A DNA stretch of 62,666 nucleotides, counting the filler, from Pseudomonadota bacterium (GTDB lineage Bacteria; Pseudomonadota; Alphaproteobacteria; Paracaedibacterales; CAIOTO01), in NCBI GenBank assembly GCA_040387495.1. It is 4 parts of 3 records of this genome, joined end to end, with 100 filler letters (N's around TTAATTAATTAA, not from the genome) between each part and the next. Parts side by side here need not be neighbours in the genome. Positions count along the whole stretch, not along the records: positions 21,389 to 49,100 come from JAZKDQ010000013.1; 3 more parts are not named here. One strand, written 5' to 3'. The translations under genes were made by a program, and so were the position numbers. Every line of letters starts with the position of its first letter. Position 1 is the stretch's first letter. Under the pieces are notes generated by a model that saw only the letters and a program-made list of their open reading frames with translations, was not told the origin of the DNA and did no database searches. Shown piece after piece: positions 21,425-31,082 of this stretch.

Positions 21425-22681
21425 ATGTTAAATATACCCCCTTTCTTGTTGCCGAGCATTGGCTTTTTCCTTATTATTTTGTTATGCTGTATGCTCTCTA
21501 AAAAACGTAGCAGCATTGATTGGTGGGCTGTTTTCAAATGTTTTTCTGTCTCTTTAGCTTTGGCCCTTGCTATTACACATATTCCTTTTATTGAGCATGT
21601 GTTCGAGCATTTAGGTAAAGGCATTAACGCACTACAATCGGCAACCATTGCTGGCACAAAAACTGTTTTTGGTTATCTTGGCGGCTCAGAAACACCTTTT
21701 GATATTCCAGAAAATCGCAAAAATTTTGCGCATATTTTTGCATTTCAATCGCTTCCAATGGTGATTGTTGTAGGTGCGTTATCAATGTTGTTCTTTTATT
21801 GGGGGATCATTGCACTTTTTGTGCGCGTTCTGTCGCCCCTATTTGAACGCATGCTCAGCATTGGCGGCGCCATGGGAATCGTGTCCATTACAAAAATATT
21901 TTTCGGGCCTATGGAGGTTGCACTTTTTGTAAAACCCTATCTTAAGAATTTTTCACGCTCAGAGATATTCACATTGATGACGCTTGGTTTAGCAACATCT
22001 GCTATGAGCATTATACCTGTTTATGGATATATCATTCATAGCCTTATTCCAAATGCGATGCCTGTATTTTTAATGACGAATGTTATCACAATACCTATTG
22101 TCATTGGGCTGTGCAAAATCATTGAACCAGACCAACATAAAACAGGAGGCTCTCTTGAGTCTATGTATACGTTTAGTGGATCTCTGGATGCCATTAGCCG
22201 TGGCACACGCGAGGGACTTTCCATTTACATTAATATTTTAGCGATGCTCATTGTAATGGGTGCATTGATCTCTCTTTGTAATCAAATATTAGGTTTGGTT
22301 CCAACTGAAAAAGCAATTACGTTACAGTATATTCTTGGATATGTATTTTCACCAATTGCATTATTGATGGGAATACCTGCAAATGAGACTTTTCAAGCAG
22401 CACAGCTACTTGGGACAAAAATGGCATTGAATGAAGTTTTCGCTTTTATGGATTTTGCAACAGTAGGCCAAACATTATCTATTAAAACACGTATTATTTT
22501 AACCTCAGCATTAGCAAGCTTCACTAATGTTGCGTCGCTTGGCGTTTCTGTTGCCGGAGTTGCGGCAATGTGCCCTGAACAGCGGAATAATTTAGTGGCT
22601 CTTGGCTTTAAAGCCTTGCTTATTGGTACCTTGGCAACAGGCATTACAGCATCTCTTTTAGGATTTTTACTCGTTAAGTGA
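21425..22681 (+). CDS. NupC/CNT family nucleoside transporter
   Basis: FGYLGG, FAFQSLP, LLGTKMALNEVFA and SFTNVASLG motifs. Multi-TM. Confidence 0.9.
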   Translation: MLNIPPFLLPSIGFFLIILLCCMLSKKRSSIDWWAVFKCFSVSLALALAITHIPFIEHVFEHLGKGINALQSATIAGTKTVFGYLGGSETPFDIPENRKNFAHIFAFQSLPMVIVVGALSMLFFYWGIIALFVRVLSPLFERMLSIGGAMGIVSITKIFFGPMEVALFVKPYLKNFSRSEIFTLMTLGLATSAMSIIPVYGYIIHSLIPNAMPVFLMTNVITIPIVIGLCKIIEPDQHKTGGSLESMYTFSGSLDAISRGTREGLSIYINILAMLIVMGALISLCNQILGLVPTEKAITLQYILGYVFSPIALLMGIPANETFQAAQLLGTKMALNEVFAFMDFATVGQTLSIKTRIILTSALASFTNVASLGVSVAGVAAMCPEQRNNLVALGFKALLIGTLATGITASLLGFLLVK

Positions 22682-22729
22682 ACTTAAGCTTGACGTGGGC
22701 CCTATTTTTTGTTTTAAATAGGACGTGCT

Positions 22730-22821
22730 GGAGAGATGGCCGAGCGGCTTAAGGCAACGGTTTGCTAAACCGTCATATGGGTTATTCCGTATCGGGGGTT
22801 CGAATCCCCCTCTCTCCGCCA
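22730..22821 (+). tRNA. tRNA-Ser (GCT)
   Basis: GGAGAGA/TCTCTCC acceptor stem, anticodon arm ACGGT-TTGCTAA-ACCGT, long variable arm, GGTTCGAATCC T-loop, encoded CCA. Confidence 0.97.
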
Positions 22822-22886
22822 TCCGCCGTCGCGTAAAATGCGCTAAGGCGAGATGTCACGACGAAGCACGTAGAGCGAAGTCGGAC
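22822..22886. repeat. REP-like double hairpin directly after tRNA-Ser
   Basis: CGCC...GGCG hairpin followed by CGACGAAGC-N7-GCGAAGTCG hairpin with G-A mismatches. Confidence 0.45.
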
Positions 22887-22954
22887 CAATCACTCTATCC
22901 TTTTTACTTTACTACAAAAAAGTTCATCGCAGGTTATTTCCAGATCTGAGCTGT

Positions 22955-23194
22955 ATGTATTTTGTTTGCCCCATTTAAACTAAAATAGATCCTCATCGTT
23001 ATTATGTAGGTGCAACAACAGATGTGCCGCGTCGATTAATTGAGCATAACAGTGGAAAATCAATTCATACAAATAAGTTTAGGCCCTGGGAAATCATGAC
23101 ATACATTGCTTTTAGTGATAAGATAAAAGCAGAAAAATTTGAGGCGCACCTAAAAACAGGCTCTGGCAGAGCATTCTCTAAAAGGCATTTTTAA
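22955..23194 (+). pseudogene. Small GIY-YIG nuclease pseudogene (stop at codon 8)
   Basis: MYFVCPI*TKIDPHRYYVGATTDVPRRLIEHNSGKSIHTNKFRPWEI...AEKFEAHLKTGSGRAFSKRHF. YVG, RL.EHN and RPW motifs are present. TAA at 22976-22978. Confidence 0.85.
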
Positions 23195-23337
23195 CACCTT
23201 GTTACATTGCCTCCTTTTTGCTCTCCACTACTTCTCTTCTCCTCCACCCCTCAGACCATGAAATAATCATCACACATATCGAACTCATGCACTTTTTACC
23301 TAAAATTTTAATAAAAAGTCTTTACAAGTTATAAATT

Positions 23338-23353
23338 TTAACTCAAAATTAAC
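23338..23353. promoter_or_regulatory. CtrA-box-like site upstream of aqpZ
   Basis: TTAA-CTCAAAA-TTAAC. Confidence 0.4.
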
Positions 23354-23394
23354 ACAGTTGAACGTTTATTAACTTTTGGAAGAGGACTATTATT

Positions 23395-24087
23395 ATGAAC
23401 GGAACACCATTAAATCGTTATTTGGCCGAATTATTTGGCACATTCTTACTTGTGTTGTTTGGTTGCGGAAGCGCCGTACTTGCAGGTGGCGACATTGGCT
23501 TTTTAGGCGTGTCACTTACTTTTGGTCTTACGCTACTCTTCTTAATCTACTGTATCGGCCCTGTGTCTGGATGTCACGTAAACCCAGCTGTTACACTCTG
23601 TCTTGCAGCAGCAGATAAATTTCCAAAGACAGATGTCCTTGGGTACATTCTTGCACAGCTCATTGGCGCTGTGATTGCGGCTTTCGTTCTTAAATTAATC
23701 GCATCTGGCCTACCTGGATTTGAACTTGCAAAAGGGTTTGCACTTAATGGTTTTGCTGAACACTCTCCACGCAAATTCGGTATGGTTGCTTGCCTAATAA
23801 CAGAAATTGTTATGACTGCAACTTTGTTGTATGCAATTTTGTGCTCAACAAAATCATACTATGCAGGTGGTTTTGCTGGTGTTGCTATTGGTTTAACACT
23901 TGCTGCAATCCACATGGTAAGCATTCCTGTAACAAATACATCTGTGAACTTTGCACGTAGCTTTGGTGTTGCCATTGTTCACGGCGGCTGGGCGCCTGGT
24001 CAACTATGGTTATTTGCTGTAGCGCATGTAATTGCTATTGCACTTGCTGTAACTGTGTTCAAACTAACGCATTGCGAAAAGTCTTAG
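23395..24087 (+). CDS. aqpZ: Aquaporin Z (MIP channel)
   Basis: SGCHVNPAVT and SIPVTNTSVNFARS (second NPA box is NFA). Six TM helices. Confidence 0.92.
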   Translation: MNGTPLNRYLAELFGTFLLVLFGCGSAVLAGGDIGFLGVSLTFGLTLLFLIYCIGPVSGCHVNPAVTLCLAAADKFPKTDVLGYILAQLIGAVIAAFVLKLIASGLPGFELAKGFALNGFAEHSPRKFGMVACLITEIVMTATLLYAILCSTKSYYAGGFAGVAIGLTLAAIHMVSIPVTNTSVNFARSFGVAIVHGGWAPGQLWLFAVAHVIAIALAVTVFKLTHCEKS

Positions 24088-24115
24088 TTACTTACCAAAT
24101 TTAATATCTTCTGTG

Positions 24116-24145
24116 CCCCCGATCTTGCTTAAGGTCGGGGTTTTT
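24116..24145 (+). terminator. Rho-independent terminator after aqpZ
   Basis: CCCCGATCTT-GCTT-AAGGTCGGGG followed by TTTTT. Confidence 0.8.
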
Positions 24146-24187
24146 GCTTTAATGCCTTAATACAAAGTATAAAAAATCTGGCATATC

Positions 24188-24952
24188 ATGACAACGAATC
24201 ACCCTACTGCAGCAATCCTTATCATTGGCAATGAAATCCTGTCCGGGCGCACGCAGGATACAAACGTAAAATTCATCGCCGAACGTCTCAATAAAGCTGG
24301 TATTCGTCTGTGCGAAGTACGTGTTATTCCAGATGATGAAACAGCAATTGTTGAAACCGTTAATACCCTACGCGTTAAATACGCATATGTTTTTACAACA
24401 GGCGGAATCGGCGCAACCCATGATGATATTACCGCTGCATGCCTTGCCAAAGCTTTTGACGTTCCGCTAGAGGTAAACGCAGAAACGTTCGCTATTATGC
24501 AAAATCACTATAAAGAGGATTTTAACGCGAGTCGCCAGCGTATGGCACTTATGCCACGCGGGTCAGAATTGCTAAAAAACCAAATATGCACTGCCACTGG
24601 TTTTAAGATTGAGAATGTCTATTGTTTAGCAGGCATGCCAACGGTTATGCAAAATTCATTTAATCTTTTGCTGCCTAGTCTTAAAACAGGGGCGCCTTTT
24701 GTATCAAACACAGTAACATGTAATTTACGCGAAGGTGATATAGCGCAGGCCCTTACGGACATTCAAAAGGCACATCCAACGGTTGAAATTGGCAGCTACC
24801 CTTTTTATCGCACGCCCCCAGATATTGGCACAAGCTTTGTAATGCATGGTGCTGACCCCGTTGCAGTAACAGCTGCAACAAACGCTGTTGCAGCAATGGT
24901 TGAACACTTTAATGGCAAATATACGATTGACTGGTTTGATACTGACGCCTGA
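24188..24952 (+). CDS. CinA-like / molybdopterin-binding (MoCF) domain protein
   Basis: IIGNEILSGRTQDTN, VFTTGGIGATHDDIT, IGSYP. Confidence 0.9.
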   Translation: MTTNHPTAAILIIGNEILSGRTQDTNVKFIAERLNKAGIRLCEVRVIPDDETAIVETVNTLRVKYAYVFTTGGIGATHDDITAACLAKAFDVPLEVNAETFAIMQNHYKEDFNASRQRMALMPRGSELLKNQICTATGFKIENVYCLAGMPTVMQNSFNLLLPSLKTGAPFVSNTVTCNLREGDIAQALTDIQKAHPTVEIGSYPFYRTPPDIGTSFVMHGADPVAVTAATNAVAAMVEHFNGKYTIDWFDTDA

Positions 24953-25074
24953 TTAGAAATAAAATTATCCTGTGAGAAAAAATAAACAGATTGCTTTTAC
25001 AGTTAATTTGCTTAAAATTAGTCGCAGTAACATCGAAGGTACGATGTTACATGGTTATGCGAAAGGAAATTTTT

Positions 25075-25700
25075 ATGCATAAATTACTTTACACAGCAGC
25101 AATTCCACTACTCATCAGCAGCGCTATAGCGATGGAGTTTGCTGATAAAGCCGACAATTCTTTACACAGCAGTAGAGCAGCAACACCTGTGAATGAAGAA
25201 GATGGGTCACAAGCTAATGACTTTTTTTTATGCTTACTCCTGAAACCTTGCTCAACTAAACTCATGATGCAACAACTACTACCATAGATTTACGTAAGTT
25301 TGGGCTTCGTATTGAGGGTGGTAACTATCCTGTTGGAACATACAGCATTGTTCTAGGTAAAATATTAAGTATGCCTGAGGAAAAGACTGTGCCTGTTCAC
25401 GAAAACATGACAATAACTGGCAAAGGATTTGTCAACGAAAATGAAGAAATATTCTTTAAATTCGAGGTAACCATCACACAAGGTGAAAAAGACAGTGATT
25501 TTGGGTTTGCTAATATAAAATTACCTGATGCAGAAGACGGAGAAAACAGATCAGAAGCAGGATCACTCAATGAAGGATCTCAATTAGAGGATGAAGAAAA
25601 GTCAGAAACTGGCTCATCTAACGAAGGCTCTCAAGTGGATGATGAAGAAGATATCGCAAACACTGACAATGTTGATACTGTGCCAGATGCAGTAGTTTGA
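25075..25700 (+). pseudogene. Probable split gene for an acidic secreted protein
   Basis: Signal-peptide ORF from 25075 (AAGGA RBS) stops at 25287. A second frame is open from 25260 (THDATTTTIDLRKFGLRIEGG...) through the 25371-25700 ORF. A T8 run lies at 25222-25229. Confidence 0.5.
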
Positions 25701-25744
25701 ACTGACAATTCTGTGCAGTTGACACATACACCTTTATAACGATC

Positions 25745-25772
25745 AATGGGCGTTTTTTAAGCGTCCATTTTT
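25745..25772 (+). terminator. Probable intrinsic terminator
   Basis: AATGGGCG...CGTCCATT stem followed by a T-run. Confidence 0.6.
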
Positions 25773-25912
25773 GTTTGTACTCGCCTTATCTGAATAATTA
25801 GCAATCATCTCTTCTCTTTAGTTATTTCATACAAAAATAATCCTTGATTTTTTGGATAACTTTGCTGTATTAAATAAAGACAATTTATTCATATAGAAAA
25901 TATTTTACCGAA

Positions 25913-26677
25913 ATGTTGTTTGAAAATTACTCAAAAACCATTCTAACCACCTCTTTTGGCGTTATCTTAAGTGTAATGCCTGGCAAGTGTGGAGACAAAT
26001 GCGACTATAACTTTTTGAATGAAGATATAAGAAGACTTCCTCAAAGTGAATATCAAGAAAAGCCTGATACATGGGGCATGGATATGTTGATTCTAGATGA
26101 AAAATTAAAACCAAACACTCAAAACTATATTGGATTGCTTGCCGATATTGCCATTCAATCTCAAATAAAAATAAACAGCATAGCAACACAAACAGAGACT
26201 ACAAGATTAGACTATCCACAATCAGAAGAGATGTTACAGGCAAAAACAACCAATACATTTGATAAACTTGCATCATTACTAAATCAATCATCAGCCCATT
26301 CGTTCTTAATGGTTGACGCAATAATTCAAACGGATGAACTACCCACAGCAACTGTCATTGAGACCAACGCCGTATCTATCCAAGATCCAACGACCAAAAG
26401 AACATATCGCAAACGAGATAAAAACACTCTTGGTCAAGCTAACCTCAGGGATTTTGGGACTAGAAAAAGAAAATTCCCTGAAAAACTTATACTTACAAAA
26501 CGGGGAAAATCGTATTCAACAAACACAAATGATCAACTTCCAATATTTACAGCACAACCAATTACCCTTGAATTAACTCGAGACCAAGCAACACACATCC
26601 AGTTTCCACAAATTAGCTATAAAAGCTGGGTAAAACCTGGCGACTATGAACGTAAACCAAGCACAAGAAAAAAATGA
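25913..26677 (+). CDS. Hypothetical protein with Lys/Arg-rich C-terminal half
   Basis: 254-aa ORF with signal-like N-terminus and basic clusters KRTYRKRDK, TRKRKF, RKPSTRKK. Confidence 0.55.
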   Translation: MLFENYSKTILTTSFGVILSVMPGKCGDKCDYNFLNEDIRRLPQSEYQEKPDTWGMDMLILDEKLKPNTQNYIGLLADIAIQSQIKINSIATQTETTRLDYPQSEEMLQAKTTNTFDKLASLLNQSSAHSFLMVDAIIQTDELPTATVIETNAVSIQDPTTKRTYRKRDKNTLGQANLRDFGTRKRKFPEKLILTKRGKSYSTNTNDQLPIFTAQPITLELTRDQATHIQFPQISYKSWVKPGDYERKPSTRKK

Positions 26678-27108
26678 AGAATTGATCTACTTTCACCATC
26701 AACAACAAAGGGTAAGTCTTATATAAAAAATGATCACATAGCTACAAAACAAGAGAAAAACAAACCTAAAAGTAGCCCCCATAAAAGAAGTGGCAAAACT
26801 GATAGTGCTATTATCACGCAAACCTGAAAAAGACAAAAGATGCAAACAAAGGCGCTTTATGCTACCTTTAGTGGCAACCATCAATACAAATAAAAAATTA
26901 AGGTGGATGCATCAAAACCATGCGTCTTAAAAAACCTGATCATGTTACTTGCCATTTTCACATCAAATGTGTCTTATCATTCAGTCCACACCTCTACTTT
27001 TCCCTTGAACTTACTCATATTTCAGTTCATTCTTATACTTTGTCGGGCAATTATTGCCTACTAATTTCAGCATATAAATAATACTGGCTTTTTTCACGGA
27101 GGTCTTCC

Positions 27109-28539
27109 TTGAGCCGCAATAAATTAATGAAATTCGCAACATCCATCTTAGTTGGTGTGGTACTCTGGAATCTTCCCATGCCCGAAGGCATTGAACCCAA
27201 AGCATGGCATTTATTTGCTATTTTCGTTTCAACCATAACAGCAATTATTTTAAAGCCATTCCCGATGGGAACGGTGGCACTTATGGGTATGTTGGCCACA
27301 ACCTTGACCGGCGTGTTGACACTCGAAGAAGGACTAAGCGGCTTTACTAAACCTATCATATGGCTTGTGGTTTTTGTGTTTTTTATAGCACGCGGCTTTA
27401 TCAAAACGAATCTTGGTACCCGTGTCGCATATTGCTTTGTTCGTTTGTTGGGCAAAAGTTCTCTTGGTTTAGGATATGGCGTAGTTTTGACTGAGCTCGT
27501 GATTGCCCCATTTACTCCCAGTAATTCTGCGCGAACAGGCGGCATTATGCTGCCCATCATTAAATCTATTTCTGAGGCTTTGGGCAGTTCACCCAAAAAT
27601 CATACGGAACGAAAATTAGGTAGTTTTTTGTCGCAGGTGAGTTTTAACGCAAATCTCATTACAAGCGCTATGTTTCTAACCGCAATGGCAGCTAATCCGA
27701 TTGCGCAAGCGTTGGCAGGGAAGCAAGGTGTTGAAATCACCTGGTTGAATTGGTTTAAAGCAGCTGTTGTACCTGGTTGCATTAGCTTAATTGTTATTCC
27801 ATTTGTTTTGTATCTGATATACCCACCTAAAATTAAACATTTCCCGCAAGCGGTCGATTTGGCTAAAGAAAAACTTAAAGAAATGGGACCGATGAGCAGC
27901 AAAGAATGGACCATGACTGGAATATTTTTTATTATGCTGGTACTTTGGATGATCGGTGAGAAATCTTGGTTCGAGGCTATTGTAGGTATAACAGTTACTG
28001 CACCAACGGCAGCGCTTTTAGGCTTATGCCTTTTATTAAGCGTTAACGTCATTGACTGGCGGGACGTCTTGATTGAACATGAAGCATGGCACACATTGGT
28101 TTGGCTTGCTATTTTAGTCACAATGTCAACTTATCTTGATAAATTTGGATTCATTGGTTGGTTTAGTGGATCTGTTGGTGGAATTGTAAACGGTTGGCCT
28201 TGGGAAACAGCCTTTTTAACACTTATTCTTGCTTATTTTTACAGCCATTATTTCTTTGCCAGCAATACAGCGCATGTATGCTCTATGTATGCAGCCTTTT
28301 TAGCGGTAAGTATATCGGTTGGAACTCCACCTCTGCTTGCGGCCTTAGTTTTGGCATTCTTTAGCAGTCTATTTTCAAGTATGACCCATTATGGAACCTC
28401 AGCAGGCGCTGTTTTGTATGCCGCGGGTTACGTACCATTACCTGTGTGGTGGAAAAACGGCTTGATTATTAGTATTATCAATATCGTTATCTGGCTTGGT
28501 GTTGGTGGTGTATGGTGGAAGATACTCGGCATTTGGTAA
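27109..28539 (+). CDS. DASS family dicarboxylate/anion transporter (2-oxoglutarate/malate translocator-like)
   Basis: PSNSARTGG, SAMFLTAMAAN, YFFASNTAH and THYGT motifs. TTG start with GGAGG RBS. Confidence 0.93.
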   Translation: MSRNKLMKFATSILVGVVLWNLPMPEGIEPKAWHLFAIFVSTITAIILKPFPMGTVALMGMLATTLTGVLTLEEGLSGFTKPIIWLVVFVFFIARGFIKTNLGTRVAYCFVRLLGKSSLGLGYGVVLTELVIAPFTPSNSARTGGIMLPIIKSISEALGSSPKNHTERKLGSFLSQVSFNANLITSAMFLTAMAANPIAQALAGKQGVEITWLNWFKAAVVPGCISLIVIPFVLYLIYPPKIKHFPQAVDLAKEKLKEMGPMSSKEWTMTGIFFIMLVLWMIGEKSWFEAIVGITVTAPTAALLGLCLLLSVNVIDWRDVLIEHEAWHTLVWLAILVTMSTYLDKFGFIGWFSGSVGGIVNGWPWETAFLTLILAYFYSHYFFASNTAHVCSMYAAFLAVSISVGTPPLLAALVLAFFSSLFSSMTHYGTSAGAVLYAAGYVPLPVWWKNGLIISIINIVIWLGVGGVWWKILGIW

Positions 28540-28608
28540 AAATTAATGTGTCATGGACTCCCGGCGTCGCCGAGGCTATAAACAACCCTTCACTTAAGAA
28601 CAAAACAT

Positions 28609-29697
28609 ATGTTGTATAATTTTCTCTATAACTACGTAGAATCATTCAGTGCCCTCAACATACTTCGTTATATTACGTTTCGTACGGGCGCAGCTTTACT
28701 TACCGCACTCATGATTAGCTTTATTATGGGTGATCCACTCATCAAGTGGCTTAAAAAAAAGCAGTCTGAAGGACAACCCATCCGAAGTGACGGCCCCGAA
28801 TCTCACTTGTTAACCAAAAAAGGCACGCCTACGATGGGCGGAGTTCTTATTTTATTTTCATTAACGCTTAGCACACTGCTATGGGCAGACCTTACCAATC
28901 ATTACATCTGGGTAATTTTATTAGTTACGCTTTCCTATGGTATGCTTGGGGCCTATGATGACTTTTTGAAATTAACAAAACGCACACATCATGGTTTGTC
29001 AGGCAGATTAAAGCTCCTCTTTCAAAGCTTGATCGGTGGATTTGCTATCTGGTATGTAACTGATGCAGTACCACATGATTTAAGCCATGCCTTAACATTT
29101 CCATTTATGAAGGATTTTTTCATAAACCTTGGTTGGTTTTATATTCCATGGGCAATATTCGTTGTGGTTGGCGCATCTAATGCTGTGAATCTAACGGACG
29201 GACTTGATGGCCTTGCCATTGGCCCAGTAATTATTGCGTCAGCTACTTTTTTGATCATTAGCTACTTGGTTGGAAACGTTGTATTTTCTAACTATTTGCA
29301 GATTCATTATGTCGCGCATGCAGGCGAATTGTGTGTATTCTTAAGTTCAATGATTGGTGCAGGACTTGGGTTTTTGTGGTTTAATGCACCGCCCGCACGC
29401 ATATTCATGGGCGATACTGGGTCACTTGCCGTCGGCGGCGCCTTGGGATGTATTGGTGTTTTGACAAAACATGAATTCGTACTGGCCATCGTTGGCGGGC
29501 TTTTTGTGCTAGAAGCCGTATCCGTTATTTTGCAAGTCGCTTATTTCAAATTAACACGTAAACGCATATTTTTAATGGCACCCATCCATCACCATTTTGA
29601 GAAAAAAGGCTGGGCAGAAGCGACCATCGTAATTCGTTTTTGGATTATCGCGGCGATTTTAGCGTTGATCGGATTGTCGACGCTAAAGATCAGGTAG
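28609..29697 (+). CDS. mraY: Phospho-N-acetylmuramoyl-pentapeptide transferase
   Basis: [39 protein letters not shown]. Confidence 0.98.
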   Translation: MLYNFLYNYVESFSALNILRYITFRTGAALLTALMISFIMGDPLIKWLKKKQSEGQPIRSDGPESHLLTKKGTPTMGGVLILFSLTLSTLLWADLTNHYIWVILLVTLSYGMLGAYDDFLKLTKRTHHGLSGRLKLLFQSLIGGFAIWYVTDAVPHDLSHALTFPFMKDFFINLGWFYIPWAIFVVVGASNAVNLTDGLDGLAIGPVIIASATFLIISYLVGNVVFSNYLQIHYVAHAGELCVFLSSMIGAGLGFLWFNAPPARIFMGDTGSLAVGGALGCIGVLTKHEFVLAIVGGLFVLEAVSVILQVAYFKLTRKRIFLMAPIHHHFEKKGWAEATIVIRFWIIAAILALIGLSTLKIR

Positions 29698-29738
29698 AAA
29701 TACCACACTTCGTCATTACTCAAAGTGTGATCATCCTC

Positions 29739-30920
29739 TTATTTCTTACCATTACCAGCAGGAGCCATACGAACACGGCTTATCGTTGTTTTTAGTGAGG
29801 CTTCCACAGGGTTATCTTCACCTCTGTAATACAAATCAACCGTTGAAACAGTTGCAGTATTTAGATCAAATGATGTTTTTTGAAAACGATTATCAAAAGC
29901 AAACTTTATGTTAAAAGCTGGTGTCCCTTTAATAGCTTCCCCTAAATGTGATGAATCAAATACTGTTTCAATCGCTTGATTGCGAACAAATAAAATTGTG
30001 TTCCCACCGTTTCTTATAAAATGCGCAATATAAGGATTTGCGTATTCTCTTGGCCAACTAAGAACAAGAACAGTGTTGGCATAATCCACATCTTTGAATG
30101 TCGCTTCTATAATTTTATTTTTGTCTGCATCTGAATTTTGTGAGTAAATCTTCACAGGCATAAAAAAGTTGTTTTGAATTATCCTTCTTTTCATATCTGA
30201 ATAATCACCAACCCTATTTTTTTTGCTATCATCCATCACTAATGGCCTTTTTGTAACCTTACTTTGCACCCAACTGTTGAAGTCTACAGACAAACTCTCA
30301 TCTGTTACATCCATAGCAACTGTTTCACCAACAGCACTTAGCATTTTTTCAAACAATCCATTTCCAGCACCGACGCTAAGAAATTTCATTTTTTTATCTG
30401 CTGACAATTCATCTTGCGTTTTAGCTAGGTCATTAAGCATAAGCAACGTCTTCATAGAAAGACCACCAAACCATCCAGCAGATGCTTCTCCCATCACACT
30501 ACTTTGATTTCCTATATAAGGACATTTCCTGTAATGACGAATAAATTGATTAAATAAAGTGTCAATGTTTGGATGTAATGGCTCAGGAAGCCGAGCAATT
30601 AAGCGTTCTGAGTCAATGAAGCCAAACCTCCCAATAACAAGCGATAAATCATTAGGGTGCATGCCCGCAGTAATTGTGGGAACATCTCTATTAATCACAC
30701 AAAAATAAGTTGGGTTAGCCGGACTTCTAGTAATCCCTGTTTCATTCATAGGAGTTCCAGGCTCCAACGGCCCTGAAGACGCCAGAGCCTCAGATATGAC
30801 TGCACTTGGCATTCCTAAAACAAATGCCACACCAGAATATTCGTGGCTAATGCCTTTCTCTGCAGCACTAACGTATGAAAACGTAAATATCGAAAAAATT
30901 AGTGTTAGTTTATTAATCAC
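29739..30920 (-). CDS. Secreted protein with class I SAM-dependent methyltransferase-like motifs
   Basis: GTG start with AGGA RBS. Signal peptide ending YVSA. FLSVGAGNG (motif I), VAMD and VLVLSWP. Confidence 0.55.
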   Translation of the reverse strand: MINKLTLIFSIFTFSYVSAAEKGISHEYSGVAFVLGMPSAVISEALASSGPLEPGTPMNETGITRSPANPTYFCVINRDVPTITAGMHPNDLSLVIGRFGFIDSERLIARLPEPLHPNIDTLFNQFIRHYRKCPYIGNQSSVMGEASAGWFGGLSMKTLLMLNDLAKTQDELSADKKMKFLSVGAGNGLFEKMLSAVGETVAMDVTDESLSVDFNSWVQSKVTKRPLVMDDSKKNRVGDYSDMKRRIIQNNFFMPVKIYSQNSDADKNKIIEATFKDVDYANTVLVLSWPREYANPYIAHFIRNGGNTILFVRNQAIETVFDSSHLGEAIKGTPAFNIKFAFDNRFQKTSFDLNTATVSTVDLYYRGEDNPVEASLKTTISRVRMAPAGNGKK

Positions 30921-31082
30921 AATTGTATTCCTTGTTTATAATATGTAATTTTAAAAAATATAGATAGAAAATCAATAAGTCAAATATAATTTTTATTACT
31001 AATAATTTATCTTTCAGCAATTGTTGAATCATCCCCTTTCCTTATGTTATCCTAATCGCTGAATATAAAATCAAAAAATGGT

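Noticed and set aside
22725..22949. 74-aa ORF
   Set aside because: Overlaps tRNA-Ser and is spurious.
24073..24087. AqpZ ends in CEKS, a possible CaaX box
   Set aside because: The middle residues are charged rather than aliphatic, and the protein is an inner-membrane channel.
27051..28121. 181-aa and 173-aa minus-strand ORFs
   Set aside because: Antisense shadows of the DASS transporter gene.
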